Assembly: GCA_963924565.1 (NCBI GenBank)
Contig: OZ004608.1
Span: 12,276,001 to 12,340,000 of the forward strand
Source: Ascidiella aspersa
Lineage: Eukaryota
DNA length: 64,000 bases
Direction: 5' to 3'
Made by a program: the position numbers and the translations under genes. This document shows positions 1 to 13,350 of the stretch, in pieces (the first letter of the stretch is position 1; each line of letters opens with the position of its first letter). A model generated the notes under the pieces. The model had not been told where the DNA came from and made no database searches. It worked only from the letters and a program-made list of their open reading frames with translations.

Positions 1-1289
1 TGCGCTTTAAAAAAGGGAGGCGTTTTTGTTCAAGGTGGCGGCGTGACGTCCGTGCCAATAAAAAGCGACCTAAAAAATAAAAAGCAAAACAAATTGCGAC
101 GGGAACATATTCACTAACGGCAACGCGAGTGGACTTGCCAAAGAACCCACGTGAAGCCATTGATGCTGCCCGTGTCGCCAACCACCGCCGCTGCGTGGAA
201 CTACAGTGTTTACATGACATTCGTGCGCGCCCATCCGTGGCCTGTTGAGCGTTGGCGGAACTGAAGTGCCTCGTGTGGAAAAGCGGCAACGTTGCTGACC
301 TCGCACACACAAACACATATATACACACACACACGCGCGCGCACAATTGACGGGCGCGTCTCCGCACGAGATTATATCTGCCCCGCTCCTTTTTTTCAAG
401 AGCGTAATCCCATCTAGAAGCCTGGTTTCCGACTTGGGTAAACATTTTGTTGATGTTGAAGCGAGTGGCATGTTGCGACCGTGGCGGCAATTCGCGCATT
501 TGCAATTCGAACGAAATTGTGGAGAGCTAATCTGTTCAAACGCCAGCAGAGCGATTTTAATGTCTTACCTTTCAGCAATTTCAGCTATAAACTTTCCAGC
601 GAGCGCAATTTCGTTCCTCGATCATGTTAAGTGCCGCACCTCAAGGGTGTCATGATGCCGTTTGGTCGTTAATTAATGGTGGCCGGTCACCGTTCTAAAG
701 CCAGCATGCTTCCTGGCACGTAATTGCCTGATTACAGTCCGAATCTGATCTTTGACCCCAACACGCCCTTCCTGGCCTTCCCCCGCGCAAAAGTCCAGGT
801 TATAGTCGGGCTTGGCTAGTCACAGTTATTAATAATTACAATGCGACACCGACTCCCCGTGTGGTTTTCAGTAGTTCTTTTCAAACTTGAATTCGCGATA
901 GTTTTAAGGTTTCGTGCAACATATTTAAATTTTATTGACCGATCAACTGTATTATACCACGTCCCGGTATTTAAGTTTTAATATAGATAAATCTGTTGAC
1001 AAATTGTGTACAGTTGTTTTGGTGGGATGTTTGAGCCATTATTGTATGATCATTTTATGTTTCCTAGTTTTAAAAAGTCTGTCTTACAATATTTTAGAGA
1101 GGCGATAGAGGTCCGCTGGGTAAAATATTCGGGTAAAATATAAAACCAATGTTTCAGGCTATCGTAGGATTTTCCCGGTTTTACCTGTAATAGCCAATAT
1201 CAAGTTTGAAAACCCAGGTAAAACCTGGATCAGACACATTTTTTAACCTTGTTATACTCTGGTTTTTAAACTTTGAGTTTTATTGTTTA

Positions 1290-1370
1290 TATACGCGTCA
1301 GCTAAGCAGTGATCGACAAGCAGAAACCTGCTTCCAGTTGTTTTGTATTACATAAAAATACACCCTTTTT
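1290..1370 (+). repeat. Dispersed ~80-bp repeat, copy 1 (copy 2 at ~6268-6348)
   Basis: atatacgcgtcagc..cagtg.tcgacaagcagaaacctg..cca.t.gttttgtatt.cata.aa.atac.cc occurs twice with scattered mismatches. Confidence 0.8.
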
Positions 1371-4300
1371 ACCAGTACTAGAGTTTTTATACCTCGAAAC
1401 CCTTTTATTCTGTATAAATTATTCGAATTGTTTAAGTTTGCTGTAAAAAAATTGACTGTTTTTTTATGGTTTTAACGACTAGAAATCGTCGTTCTTTGGT
1501 CAATAAACTTTCGAGCGGTTCCGCTGCTGCGAGAGATTTTGCGGCGACCCGCGCTGTTTATTTAATCGCCGGATTAAATCGATCGATTATTATTTTTCCA
1601 AGTTCGCCGTGATCGCGCGTCGACAATCGATGCGCGCGCCCCCCGAATCGATTGTAACGCGAACAATGGCGCGTCACCAATGTATTGTATACTCTCTCTC
1701 TCTTTCTCGACCTTTTTGCCTTATCCACTTTGAGCAGCCAATGTAGGGAATTAGCGAAAAAAACTTTGTATTGTCGATATTTTAAACAATAAAAACGTGC
1801 CTTTTTACAGTTACAAGTAAAACTCATAGTTAAAAACATTAGTAAAAACAGGATCACACTTTTTGTTTAAGAAAATATATTTCGCCAAGTGTCATCGTCA
1901 GTTCCTTATTCAAATAGACCGATGGTTTTGGATTCTATAAAGATACACCCTGATGTTTTTACATTTGCTTTATTGTGTTTTAAAATGACGAACACCTATT
2001 GATTTTGCCGGACAAATCTACTCAAAACCTTTGCTGGTTAATTATTGCTGGGCACATGTTTGCTTGGCACACTTGCCAAATGCTGGGCAAACCTGTTAAG
2101 TGATGACCAGTGTTGTCTGGAACGACACAGCGGCGTATCTCCCACCGAACAGGCAGCTTGTTATTTATTGCCGCAAGTGCCCAATAAAACCTTCGGCAAA
2201 CGAAAAACAACTGGCACATCGTTGAGTAAGTCCACCCGAATTCTTCTGTCGCTTTAATGCCGAAAAATAACAAATTTTTTCGCTGTCAAAGCGAGCGAAA
2301 ATATACGACGGTTAATTTCGATTCGGCTACAAAAGTGCGATCAATACAAACGCGTGCTTTCATCGCCCACACCTACTGCCTATGCGTCCAACATTGGGAC
2401 GCCGCAAATGGCCCAAAACACCATTTACAAGCGTCTAATGCGACCGTGTGCTTATTCCGGATATAGATATAAACCGGGCAATATATTGGGCGCGCATATT
2501 TCTCCTTGTTAAGCCCTAATCTCGCGCGTTCGGCTTTTGTCTCTTAGATGCCGCATCTCAGGGCACCGCCGCGATACAAAGATATCAATAATTTATGGGA
2601 TTTATTTAAACAGACATCGGCTGCTTTTTGCTTATTGGAACGAAGGTTGGATTTTGCTGACGATAGTTGTTGTTTCCTTTTTGTTGTTTGCAAAATTGTT
2701 TATTTTACGGGTTTCTGGCTAGAATCTATTTTTTTTAAAACTTAATCTCTTGTAGAAACGGCAGATTAGGCACTTATCATTTAAAAGTGGGCTTGGACTT
2801 TAGCATATAATGTCCCTTATATTGTGTAAAATGTATGTTCAGAAATCCCACATAAGGCAATACCATATAAACTTGGCTAATTGCGATTTATTTTACTGGA
2901 AAAAAATATTATATTTTATGGATTAAACAAGTTTATTTTGCCATCTGCTAAATTCACATTTATTTTGTGTCCCATTTATATGCTACTATCTTCTGCCTCG
3001 TCCTTTAAACGCTATGTAAATGAGAAAATGATTGCACAGCATTTTACAGATTGGTGTCAAAATGTGCAACTTGCGGTTTCGGAAATTGACGGCTGTATAT
3101 CACCAAAATGTAATTTCCGTTAAAAATCGGGCAAGGTCCGTATTATTTTAAATACGAGCTAAAGTTGAATCCAATCGGCTTGTTGGCGAATGTAATCACA
3201 ACCGTAAAAGTTTTAACACGTTTTAATTTTGTTTGGGCGATGTATTTTTTTATGGTTGCCGAAATTCGTTTCTTCTGCGTTGGGAATGCTTTCCAAAAAA
3301 AATTGAAAGTTTATTGGCCAGTGTGTAATGTGTAATTATTTCCAGTTGGCCGTCCGATTTCAAACGATTCGACTGTTTTTATTGTGTGGACTTTCGGCCC
3401 CGGCTTACCTTTAGCGAGAGAACCAAGCGAATCACGTCCCATAACCACGAAAGACGGAGCTTTGCGGCAAGGCAGAGCAAACAAGTTTGTGTGTATTAAT
3501 GACTCAGTCGGCCGTGCGACCTGCGCCTTAAACACGGGTTCGCCCGATGTTTACCTGTGTTTTCCGACCCCTCTTCAAGTTCTGCTGCTGCTTGACACAA
3601 TACCGACGTAGTTCGCAAAATCGCGCACCGCGTACTTTTTACAGCCCTTCTCGTAAACTCGTGCCTTGTTCGCAATTGGCGAGGGACAGCTTTTAACACG
3701 CTGATAGACTTGCTGTTGTTGCTGGTGTTTCTCAAATTCGGCGCGTGAACAATGTAGCCGCTGAATTCCTTTCGAGTTCCGCTGAAAGTTTGAGGCGGTT
3801 GAGAGAACGATAACAACCGATCAGTCCTGTTGTTGTGCGCGCATGCCGCTTTCTGTCACTTAAAATTTGCCAACGTTTGGCCTATCAATAACGCCGTGGG
3901 TAATTCGGTTTCGTCAGTATTTTTTTCGGGGGGATTAGATTGTGTCGTTTACGCCGCTCGGACAAAGTCCAGACCCAATTTTGGTTGATTTTCTCGTTTA
4001 AAAGTGCGCAGTTTCTCCTGATGGAATACTTTCGCATTCAATTTCATCGCCTCCGCGTGTGAACCCGCACGCATTTGACACGCACACATGCGCGCACACC
4101 CACCAGCGCGCGCCAACCGCGCCGCTGTAGAATTCCTGTCACGGGCCATTTCGTCTGTAAGGAGCACAACGACAAGCGTGGAAATTCTTGTCAGTGGAGA
4201 GGCGGAATTTTACCGACGATCTTGCGTTACTTTCGCTTTTAGCGCAACTAAATCAACTCGGTGTCGATTCGAAACAAATATCCGCGACCTGTGTGTGTGT

Positions 4301-6267
4301 GTCTGTGTGAAAATCTCGCGCAAATCGCAAAAGGATCTTTTTGACCTTTGGCAAACCAAAATCGTGAAATGGTCAACGTGCGGTTTGGTGTCCGATCAAA
4401 AGCTCGGCCGTGGTGTGGCATTATTTAATTTTCGTGATTAAAAGGTTTAAAACTAGAATAAAATTCAATCTCCATTAACGGTTGCTGTTGGAGGTTTTAC
4501 AAGGCAAGGGTCCTATAATTTCATTCGTGCATGGATTTGCACTGAATGGTGGGAAAATGGCCAGCGGCGACGAAACTAAACCTTGACGTTGCGATCGAAA
4601 GGCCCAATTAAATCGCGACGACTCGAAAGACGCCCCGTCACTTAAAAAAACGAGCGCCAATCAATTGTTGCGTTTTCTTTTCGCTCGCGACGCCCATTTG
4701 TCAATGCCAACCTGCTTAGGTCTACTTGCCACAAGCCTATTATCAAATCTCATCGATTCATCGATTGAGTTCGCCGCCGCTGCACCCGTTGTGCATGCGC
4801 GTGTGTGTACTGTGTATGTATGCGCGCTCGACAGCGCAAACCTATTCGCCACCGACCAACTTAAAAAGGGCCTCGGCTGAATTATGGCCATCCCATGAGT
4901 GTTTATGTTGTCTTGCCCCGAAAAATATCGAGTTTGTATCATTTTCGTTATTAGGCTTTTGATACAAAATCTCGCCCGGGTAAACCTCAACTTATAGTTA
5001 ATCAGCGGCGCTGACCTTTGTCCCACATTATGCAGATTTAGCGCAAATTTTGAACATTACCAAGTCGTTAGTCAGACGACTTGATTGTTTACACTGAAAT
5101 AAAAAAACCTTAGTTCTGGGCATTAAACCAATAAAAAAGACGAATTATTTTTTTCTGACAATATTCCAGGATTTATTCGCGAAAATTTTCGGTTTTCTGG
5201 CCACTTCCAGCCTCTTTCTTTCCTATTGTATAATAAAAATATGTTTTACCGACCTCCTTTCGTTTTAACTGCGCTAATCTTCTGTAAAATTTTGTCACCC
5301 CGAATTCCTTCGAGACGTTTGTTAGTCGTCATTTATAATGCGAATATTCAATATAAACGACGAATAAGGCAATAATGAGACAAAAAATGCGAAACAAGTT
5401 CGAATTTAAACAATAAAAAGTTTAACACAGGATAAAACAATTTTTTAAAGGAATTTATATTTCGCCTACACTGATGTAAGTAAAGTGCAATACATATACA
5501 TAGCAAACTGATAATAAAATTAATAAAAAAATGAAATACATATGAGCGCAGTACAGAATAGATAAAAAGTTTTAAAGCAAACCAAACTGTCAGAAGAACA
5601 CAATGGCTTTTTGCAAGGAGATCTCAATATTAAGTTCCAATTTATAAACATCGACAAATAGTAATGTTGCGAACGTTGGTGTCAACACTCAAATCCCGAC
5701 GTCAATTTATTCATGGGCTAAGGCGTTCGGGTAACGCGAACTTTATTCGGGGAATTGTGTCACTCGCTCGCTTCGGGTCGATGACGTTTCTCCTTCCTGT
5801 TTCTCTTTCGCGAGCGCTCCGGCGCAGGCGCGGCTCTAGCGCCTCCCAGCGGGCGGATTAGCGCAGATAATCCCCGTAAAGATCAATCGATAAGAAAGGG
5901 GGCGATCCTCTTTAGTGTTACGCTTTCGCCCGCACAGCGCCCACCTATTCATGCCCGGTTACGGTTTGCGAGTGGAATTCGATGCCTCATCGTTTACTTG
6001 TTTTAGCCCGAACAATTTGTCTAAGTGTCATTTCGATAATTGCACTACAAGAAATAGTATCTTCCGCTGCTGTTATGAAATGGTGTGTTTTCAATATGTA
6101 AATTTTAAATTCTGTTATATTCTTCGTGATCGTAAATTAAACCTAATAATAAAACTCTTAGAATCGACTCATTCGAATTAAGGAACTGACAATGCCAGTA
6201 TACGCGAAATATATATTCCTTTAAAAAATGTCTGATCCTATTTTTACTCGGAATTTTAAACGATTAA

Positions 6268-6348
6268 TATACGCGTCAGCGGAACAGTGGTCGACAAGCA
6301 GAAACCTGTTGCCAATGGTTTTGTATTCCATAGAAGATACGCCCTTTA
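6268..6348 (+). repeat. Dispersed ~80-bp repeat, copy 2
   Basis: Same-orientation diverged copy of 1290-1370. Confidence 0.8.
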
Positions 6349-9300
6349 TAGATTAAACCGATATTTGTTAACCCATTTAAAATAGCTGCCAAATCCAAAT
6401 ATTTGCAACGACGAAATAAAATCGGTTAAATCTCGAGTTTTAAGTTAAATCCCAAGCTCTTAGTGGTGTCGAAATCGAAAAAGAGGCCGTGCATTGGACC
6501 TCCGTAGCGCGTTAAAATTCTTACCTCCCCACTTGCCATTAGAAGTACTTTGCGGTCTGCTTTTTCGCCCGAAGCGCGAGTGAATAATTGATGTTTCTCC
6601 GCCCAATTATTGTTAGCGCCAAATCTGTTCTGACCTCATTTTAAGCGGCCATTGTAAAAAAGTTTTTTTTTTCCAATCGAAGTTGATCATACTCATCTGC
6701 CTGGGCGTTTTGTTTAAACTTTCGTTTTTTTAACTTTGCACCGATTTTCTTGTAATTAGGTTATGCATGTTACAACTAAATCAGTTGCATTCTAATTTGG
6801 ACATTTGTTTTTAATTATCTGCCTTTGCTGGAGGTTTAATTTAGATCGGCAAAAAGGGCATTGTTTGGTGTCTAAAAAATTCCCTTCTAATGAATTATTA
6901 ATTGATGACACCGCCGTCTGTGGTTTGGGCCACTGTTGCATAATTTTAAATTCTGTCTTGTTGAACGCTCTCGACTAAAGAATCATTTGTTTTATATTGA
7001 TGCCCGCATATTAAATTCGTGCGTATCTCGTTTTTTCTCTATGTCATATTTTCGCAGTTTGTCTCTGCGTATCCCATTTCAAGGTTTAATGACCCGCAAA
7101 TTCCCCTTTGGCATTTTTAAGACGCTATTTTTGGCCTTAACATGTCTTTGGCTACTTTGCACATCACACAGCAATCCAGAAGCTGCTTAGTACTTAGCTT
7201 GTCAGTAGATTTGCGTTAATCCCCCTACATGATTCGGTTTTCAATGTGCGATAAGAGATAACCGCTGTAGACAAACAACCTTAAGCACTTTTATGAAAAC
7301 TAAATGTATAGCGGTATAACCACTGCAAACTAGGGGCTATTTCCCGAGCATAATAGCACAGTGGGCAGGTTATCGACTTGCTGTTTAGAACTCATCATAT
7401 CGTCGCTAATCTAAGTTCTTTGCTGAGCAGCGTGAGAGATCAGACAAAATCAAAAATCGATTCGACGGGCCGACTTTGCTTGCAAAGAGTGCTTGCCGAT
7501 ATTGGGCTGTTACATTTAACCTGTACCTTAACCGAACTTTACGATTTCCTTAAAATTGTGGTAATAAAAGGAATACAATTTCCGTACTTAACAAACAAAA
7601 CGGACTTTTTTTTTTCGATCTGTATTAAATTATGGTTTGTGAAATAACAATCGTTCTCGTGTATAGTTAAAAGTCCAACTCTAACAAACAGCAGTGTTTG
7701 CTGAAACAACAACTTCGAGGGAGGTGCGATTTCTACACAAGTATTATACAAACACATTTTCCAAAGCTACTGTTTATGCCTGTTGTGTAAAAACACGCTT
7801 AAAGTGTTCAGCGTAAAACCGCCAATGCCCACACGTTTATTAGGCCGGGCCTCCGTACTAATCGCATTCAACCGCGCTAGTTATAAATAACACATCCATT
7901 TGCGCCATTCCGTTCCGCGCCGTGATCGCGGCTTAATTATAAGTTCGACTGGTTTAAGAGGCTTTAAAATGGCTTACGCCTTCAAGCGAACCGCAATTAC
8001 ACGCGGTTGACGCGCTGTTCAAATCTAGGCGTTTTGTTAGGTATCGAAAAAGCATTTTGTGTGTCGCGGAGCGAATTCGACGCCAGAATTTATCGACTTT
8101 TCGTCTGCATTACGAAATTATTAATTAGGCAGAAATAATCCGGCCTGGCTTCGACTGCGAAGGGTGTCAGCGGCTCTCGCTCGCTCTTTCGCACGCGCCA
8201 GGAGAAATTGAGAATTGAAGAGAATAGACGGGAGGAATATGAGAAAAAAAGTGGCGAGAGGCGAAATATATCGCTTTCCTCTTGCGCTTCGCTCCCCTGT
8301 CGTCGAGGTTTATGTAAAAACACCTGAACAGATTACCTCGCCCGGGGTTTCGAATTTCCTTGTTTCCCAAAGAGTGATATTTGATTTTTTAACGTCGCGA
8401 TCTCGGTTGCGTTTGACTAGGATTCGGTGATGCCTTTAAAACTTTCGTTTCTCTAGCCGTGTATTTAGATTATGGTAAGATGACAACAGTTCAGTTGAAT
8501 TTCGGCCGTCGGGAAAAACCTTCCGCCAATGCGACGGTTTTTCTATTAAAACCAATATATTCCCCGAAATATGTTGTTTAAAACAGTGAAGAATTATTCG
8601 AAACGTTTAAAAAATTTGGTATTCATTCCACCCCTTAAAGAACTAAATTGTGATTTTGGGCCTCAATTCAGCTCCAGGCAATATATTTCGGAATAATTCG
8701 ACAAACGCCTTTTCGTCTTGTCGATCGCTTATCTGCAAACACGCGTTGTCGACGCCCCGTCGAAAGTAAGGGGACATCTGCTCCGCGATGCACTAATTAC
8801 GCCGGAGATATGTGCGATTCTCTGGAAAGAGCGCACTAGGATAGGGCGGCTTGCAAAGGCCGACGTGCGACCCCATCGTTGCATTATTCATGGGCGCACT
8901 ATCTTTTTCGCGGATCGGCAACAAATTGCCGCCCGGTGTCAGTCACAATTAAGAAGGCGCCCTGTTACGTTTGCCGGTTGATGCGGCGGCGCTAAAAGGA
9001 TCAGGCCGATTTTGTTTTGTCGTGTCGCGTCGGGAGTTTGACATGATGTTTTTTTGCCCCTCAAAAGGGTCGCAAATTAGCGGCCGATTGCCGTTTGTGT
9101 TACGTTGACAATCAAGAAGCGCTGAAATTATTTCTTTTTTATTTGTGTTAACAAAGTGGCCAAAAAGTATTTTAAAATCTTTAAAAGTCTGAATGTCTTT
9201 TAAGTTCATTTATACATTAATAGGTTGTTTGAAAAACTCTTATGTTTTAAAACCCTATGTTTTAAAAAGTTAACCTAAATATTATTTCTAAAAGTGCCGT

Positions 9301-9818
9301 ATAGTTGAACAAATTTTTGAAATTGGTAATTTGTTCATGGTATTTATTCAACTTTGTTTTCAAATCACATTAAAAATTGTCGAAGAAAGTTGTATAATTT
9401 TGTTTTGATAAAATCATGTGGCAAACCTGACCTATAGCTCTCCAAAACTGAAAAAAAATATCCGAACATTGTTTGTATCGTTTATTTTCGGGATTCGGGC
9501 CAAAACATTACCACACTCTGCAATTGTATTTCGCCAACACACTCTCAACGAAAAAGGCGTTATTTGGTTCGCTTTGTATGGGCGAAAATGAACGCTTCCT
9601 GAATTCGCGGAACGAGCCGAATCAATCGCTGGAAATGCATCCGCAACTTGTGAGCGAACGAGGGCGATATTTGTTCAACACTTGCCGATCGATAAACAAT
9701 AGCGTTTTATTGTCCCTTCTCTCCATGGCTGGCTGCACCTTCTATCTTTAATTATCCTGGACGAGAGCTCGTTTGATTTGCTTACTTTCTCCTACGCCTC
9801 GCTTTTAAACGGCCTTCG

Positions 9819-9854
9819 TGTGACGTCACAAGACGATCCCATTGTGACGTCACA
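9819..9854. promoter_or_regulatory. Paired perfect CRE/ATF palindromes (TGTGACGTCACA x2)
   Basis: Two identical 12-bp palindromes at 9819-9830 and 9843-9854 in the ARID5B upstream intron. Confidence 0.5.
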
Positions 9855-10971
9855 GGGCTATCCCTTTGTGTTTGCTTCTGACCGTGTGAGACACCCCGTC
9901 GCGACCGAGGGATGAATGGGCGTGTCTGTGGTCTAACAAAAGAAAATCTTTGCGCGGTTTGAGATAACCATTTCGAAAGTAATATCAATATTGATTGACG
10001 TTGTATCAAGGTGCCCTTATTTCGCCTTTGTTGTTAAATGGCGACAAACGAAATTTTCAATTTAAAACAGTTGATTCTGTATATTGTGACAATATGAAAT
10101 TGAAAAATATGTTATACATGTTACAATAACAAGCTTATCGGCTAGTTATTTAACAATTATATGTTAAATATATTTTTGCAGGCTGGTTGAATCAGCACAT
10201 CGTATTTACATTGTAAAATTATTGTTGAATGCCCGTTATCTTGAAATAACTGTGATCCAAATAGTACTGCCACAATTAGGAGGACAATATTTGTTGAGTG
10301 GTCTGCCACGATCTAATTCTTCAAGAAAGGAGTATGCAATTAATTGTGCGACCTTACGTTTGGTTGTTGTTGCATGTTCAAACAATAGCGCCCCTTTGTG
10401 TTGTTTACTCGAAGTGCGTGTTGCCGTTAGAAGGCAGCAGAGATCGACCCCTAAAGAGTAACGTAACGAGGCAATGTAAGTGTCGGCGTTTATCGGTCGA
10501 AGGGTTCCATCAAACGAAAATATTTGTTTTTCATTTGCTTATAGTTTCACTTTTGAATTAGCATTATTATCTGCTATTGAAATTATAAAAGCCTAAACAT
10601 TACAGTTATAAGCGTTACATATTGTTTTCAAAATTTGTAAGCACTTGTTATTTGCCTGAACTGTCATAAACAGAAATAAGAGCGTCCGGCATAAGCGCAG
10701 TTGAAACCACAGTGTACAGCCAACATTCACCATTCCGCGAAGCACTTACAACATTCCGCGGTCCAATGAAATCCGCTTGGAGATATCGTTGCGCCTAATT
10801 AACACAAAACCACGCGAAAAACACTTTATGGAGAAAATCCGACTGGAAAACGTATATTATAACCGAATCGGCTCTCCAATAAGAAAGTTCGCTTTTGCCG
10901 TAATCAGCTTTCAATGGTTTAATGGCGGCCGTGGTCTTGTGATACTTTCGTTTTGTTTGCCTAAATTGGAA

Positions 10972-11392
10972 CAACCGTAACGGCAAATTTTAAGCAGTTT
11001 AACGCAAGAATCTAGAAAAGCAACATACAACCGTACAGGCAAATTTTGAATATTTCAACGCAAGAATCTAGAAAAGCAATATACAACCGTTAAGGTAAAT
11101 TTTGAATATTTCAACGCAAGAATCTAGAAAATCAACATACAACCGTACAGGCAAATTTTGAATATTTCAACGCAAGAATCTAGAAAAGCAATATACAACC
11201 GTTAAGGCAAATTTTGAATATTTCAACGCAAGAATCTAGAAAAGCAATATACAACCGTTAAGGCAAATTTTGAATATTTCAACGCAAGAATCTAGAAAAG
11301 CAATATACAACCGTTAAGGCAAATTTTGAATATTTCAACGCAAGAATCTAGAAAAGCAATATACAACCGTAATGGTAAATTTTAAACAGTTC
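10972..11392. repeat. Minisatellite, ~56-bp unit, ~7.5 copies
   Basis: Unit aaattttgaatatttcaacgcaagaatctagaaaagcaatatacaaccgttaaggc repeated head-to-tail, with degenerate end copies. Confidence 0.95.
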
Positions 11393-13350
11393 ACCGCATC
11401 TCGCAATACAGTTTGCTTCCCTCTAGTAACGCAAATTCTTTCACGTATCGCTTTGGCCTTTCAGTCGTCGAAAGGTTGAAAACACCGCCGCCGCCAAAGC
11501 GTCACGAAATTGTCGCCCGGGCGATGTTCGCCTGTGTCGCTTACACTTGCCCGTCACGATCTGCGGCGACAATACGCAGAAAGTGACGACCAATTCCTGG
11601 AAGCCTGGCTGTTAGGTGTTATGGCGCCACCGAGCGAAGGCATATTCTAATCGGATCGCATTTATTTTTAGATCATCCTGTTTGTATTTTGACGGCTCGG
11701 CTCGGCGCCCGACGCCGATTTGCAGGTGTTGTTTGTTGATCGATTGGTTGGCTTCGTAAATGGCGGGCAAGCCTTGCATTTGCGAAAATGCGCGTTTAAA
11801 ATTTAAAGGCACCGTTAATGACCGGCAATATAATTTGACTTGACCCATCGATTTCCATATTATTGTGGTATCGGATCAGCACCGATACCACCCTAGTATC
11901 GGGCGAGAAGCGATACACTTGACATCGGCTCCGATCCGATATTATCGGACATTCCTAGTGGTGCTGCCGTTTTCCGATCGGTTCGTTGGTTTCGCTAAAT
12001 CCTTCTCAGATCTAACGATTACCCGGTTTCTTATAACAAGCGTGTGGCACGAAATACGACGCCGAGCATCTAAGCTTAATATAACCTTCGGATTTTGATG
12101 AAGGAAACGTAACCGTGCGTCAACATCCCACGCAGTTGCCGTATACTGTATACGGCTGAGGCTGCAATCGACGACATTCATGATCTGCATGACAATGAAC
12201 TTACTCGCAAACGCGCAATAGGTATAGCTTGGCCCTCGCCAGACCTAACCACCACACACCACACCAAGTGCGCACGCGCCTCGCCTTTCAATGGGCACCT
12301 CGGCGATAGGAGCGCTTTCCATTCGTAGCCGCTCGCTGCCAACGTCAATGGCGCGCTTTGAGGCCAGTAACCTGACCGCAAGGTCGACAGGTGACCGGGT
12401 CCCGGAGCACCGCCGTGTCTGTCGGTTGCGGTTCCCCGCTTCTCTCCTCTTGAACATCCTTTTTTCTTTTACTTTTTACTAATCTCGCCTCTTGACTTTT
12501 GCGCCGCATTCTCTTGCTCGGGCGCGTTTGGTGCGCGCAATTGACGCATTGCGAGCAATATGTTTCAATGACCAACGCAATTCGCCTTTATCAGGGTTAA
12601 TGACACCGAACGATAAAATAATTGAAAAAATAAATCGAGATTAATTTTGTCAAATCCATCCGCAATACAACAGCATTAAAGTCAAAACAGTTTCGTGTTC
12701 TCATTATCTGACCCTAAAGCAAAAACATAGTACTAACTGAACCTAAAAAACGGCGTTATTATCCAAAATGAATCCCGTGCGCTTGAATTAAAGGAAGCAG
12801 AGTCGCGCATATCGCTGGTGCTCCTTTTGGCTTACGGTACCTCTCAAAAATAATAAATAGATTTTTGTCACCCCGACTGGAATTTTCGTCAATTATTTTC
12901 CTGAAATGTCACTATAAATGGAACTGGGACAACACAGTCAACTTGAAACATGGTCTCTAATCGTACACAAATACTTGTATTAGAGAAGCTTACCGATTAA
13001 GCAAAAATCATAGATTCCTAAAAATTCTCAAATACCTCAGCACCCTGGGGCATTAGAAATGGCATTCCAGGGTGCCGCGGCACCTCGGTTGAGAACCACT
13101 GGCTTAATTAGTTAGTTACCGTATACGCGTGCGCGTTTGCTATAAATATATAAGTGCGCTACTCCTGAATCCCTGCGCCAATTAAAGCACACCGACGCTT
13201 TTTAACACTTGCGTCATTTCGTGGTCGCCCATAATTTAATTTTCTAATTTCGACCGGTGCCTTCCTATTTCCGAATTTTATTTGCGTCGTTGTGTAGGCG
13301 CAGCGGTATTTTAGAAAATTGCGGTCTGACGTGATTCTTTTCTTTTTCAG

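Noticed and set aside
10972-11392. Regular repeat array that could be taken for CRISPR
   Set aside because: Head-to-tail units with no unique spacers, no cas genes, and a eukaryotic context.
1-13350. ARID5B first coding exons (WVGSPCG...LPEDTP..HGE-like)
   Set aside because: No matching peptide was found by eye. They probably lie upstream of the window.
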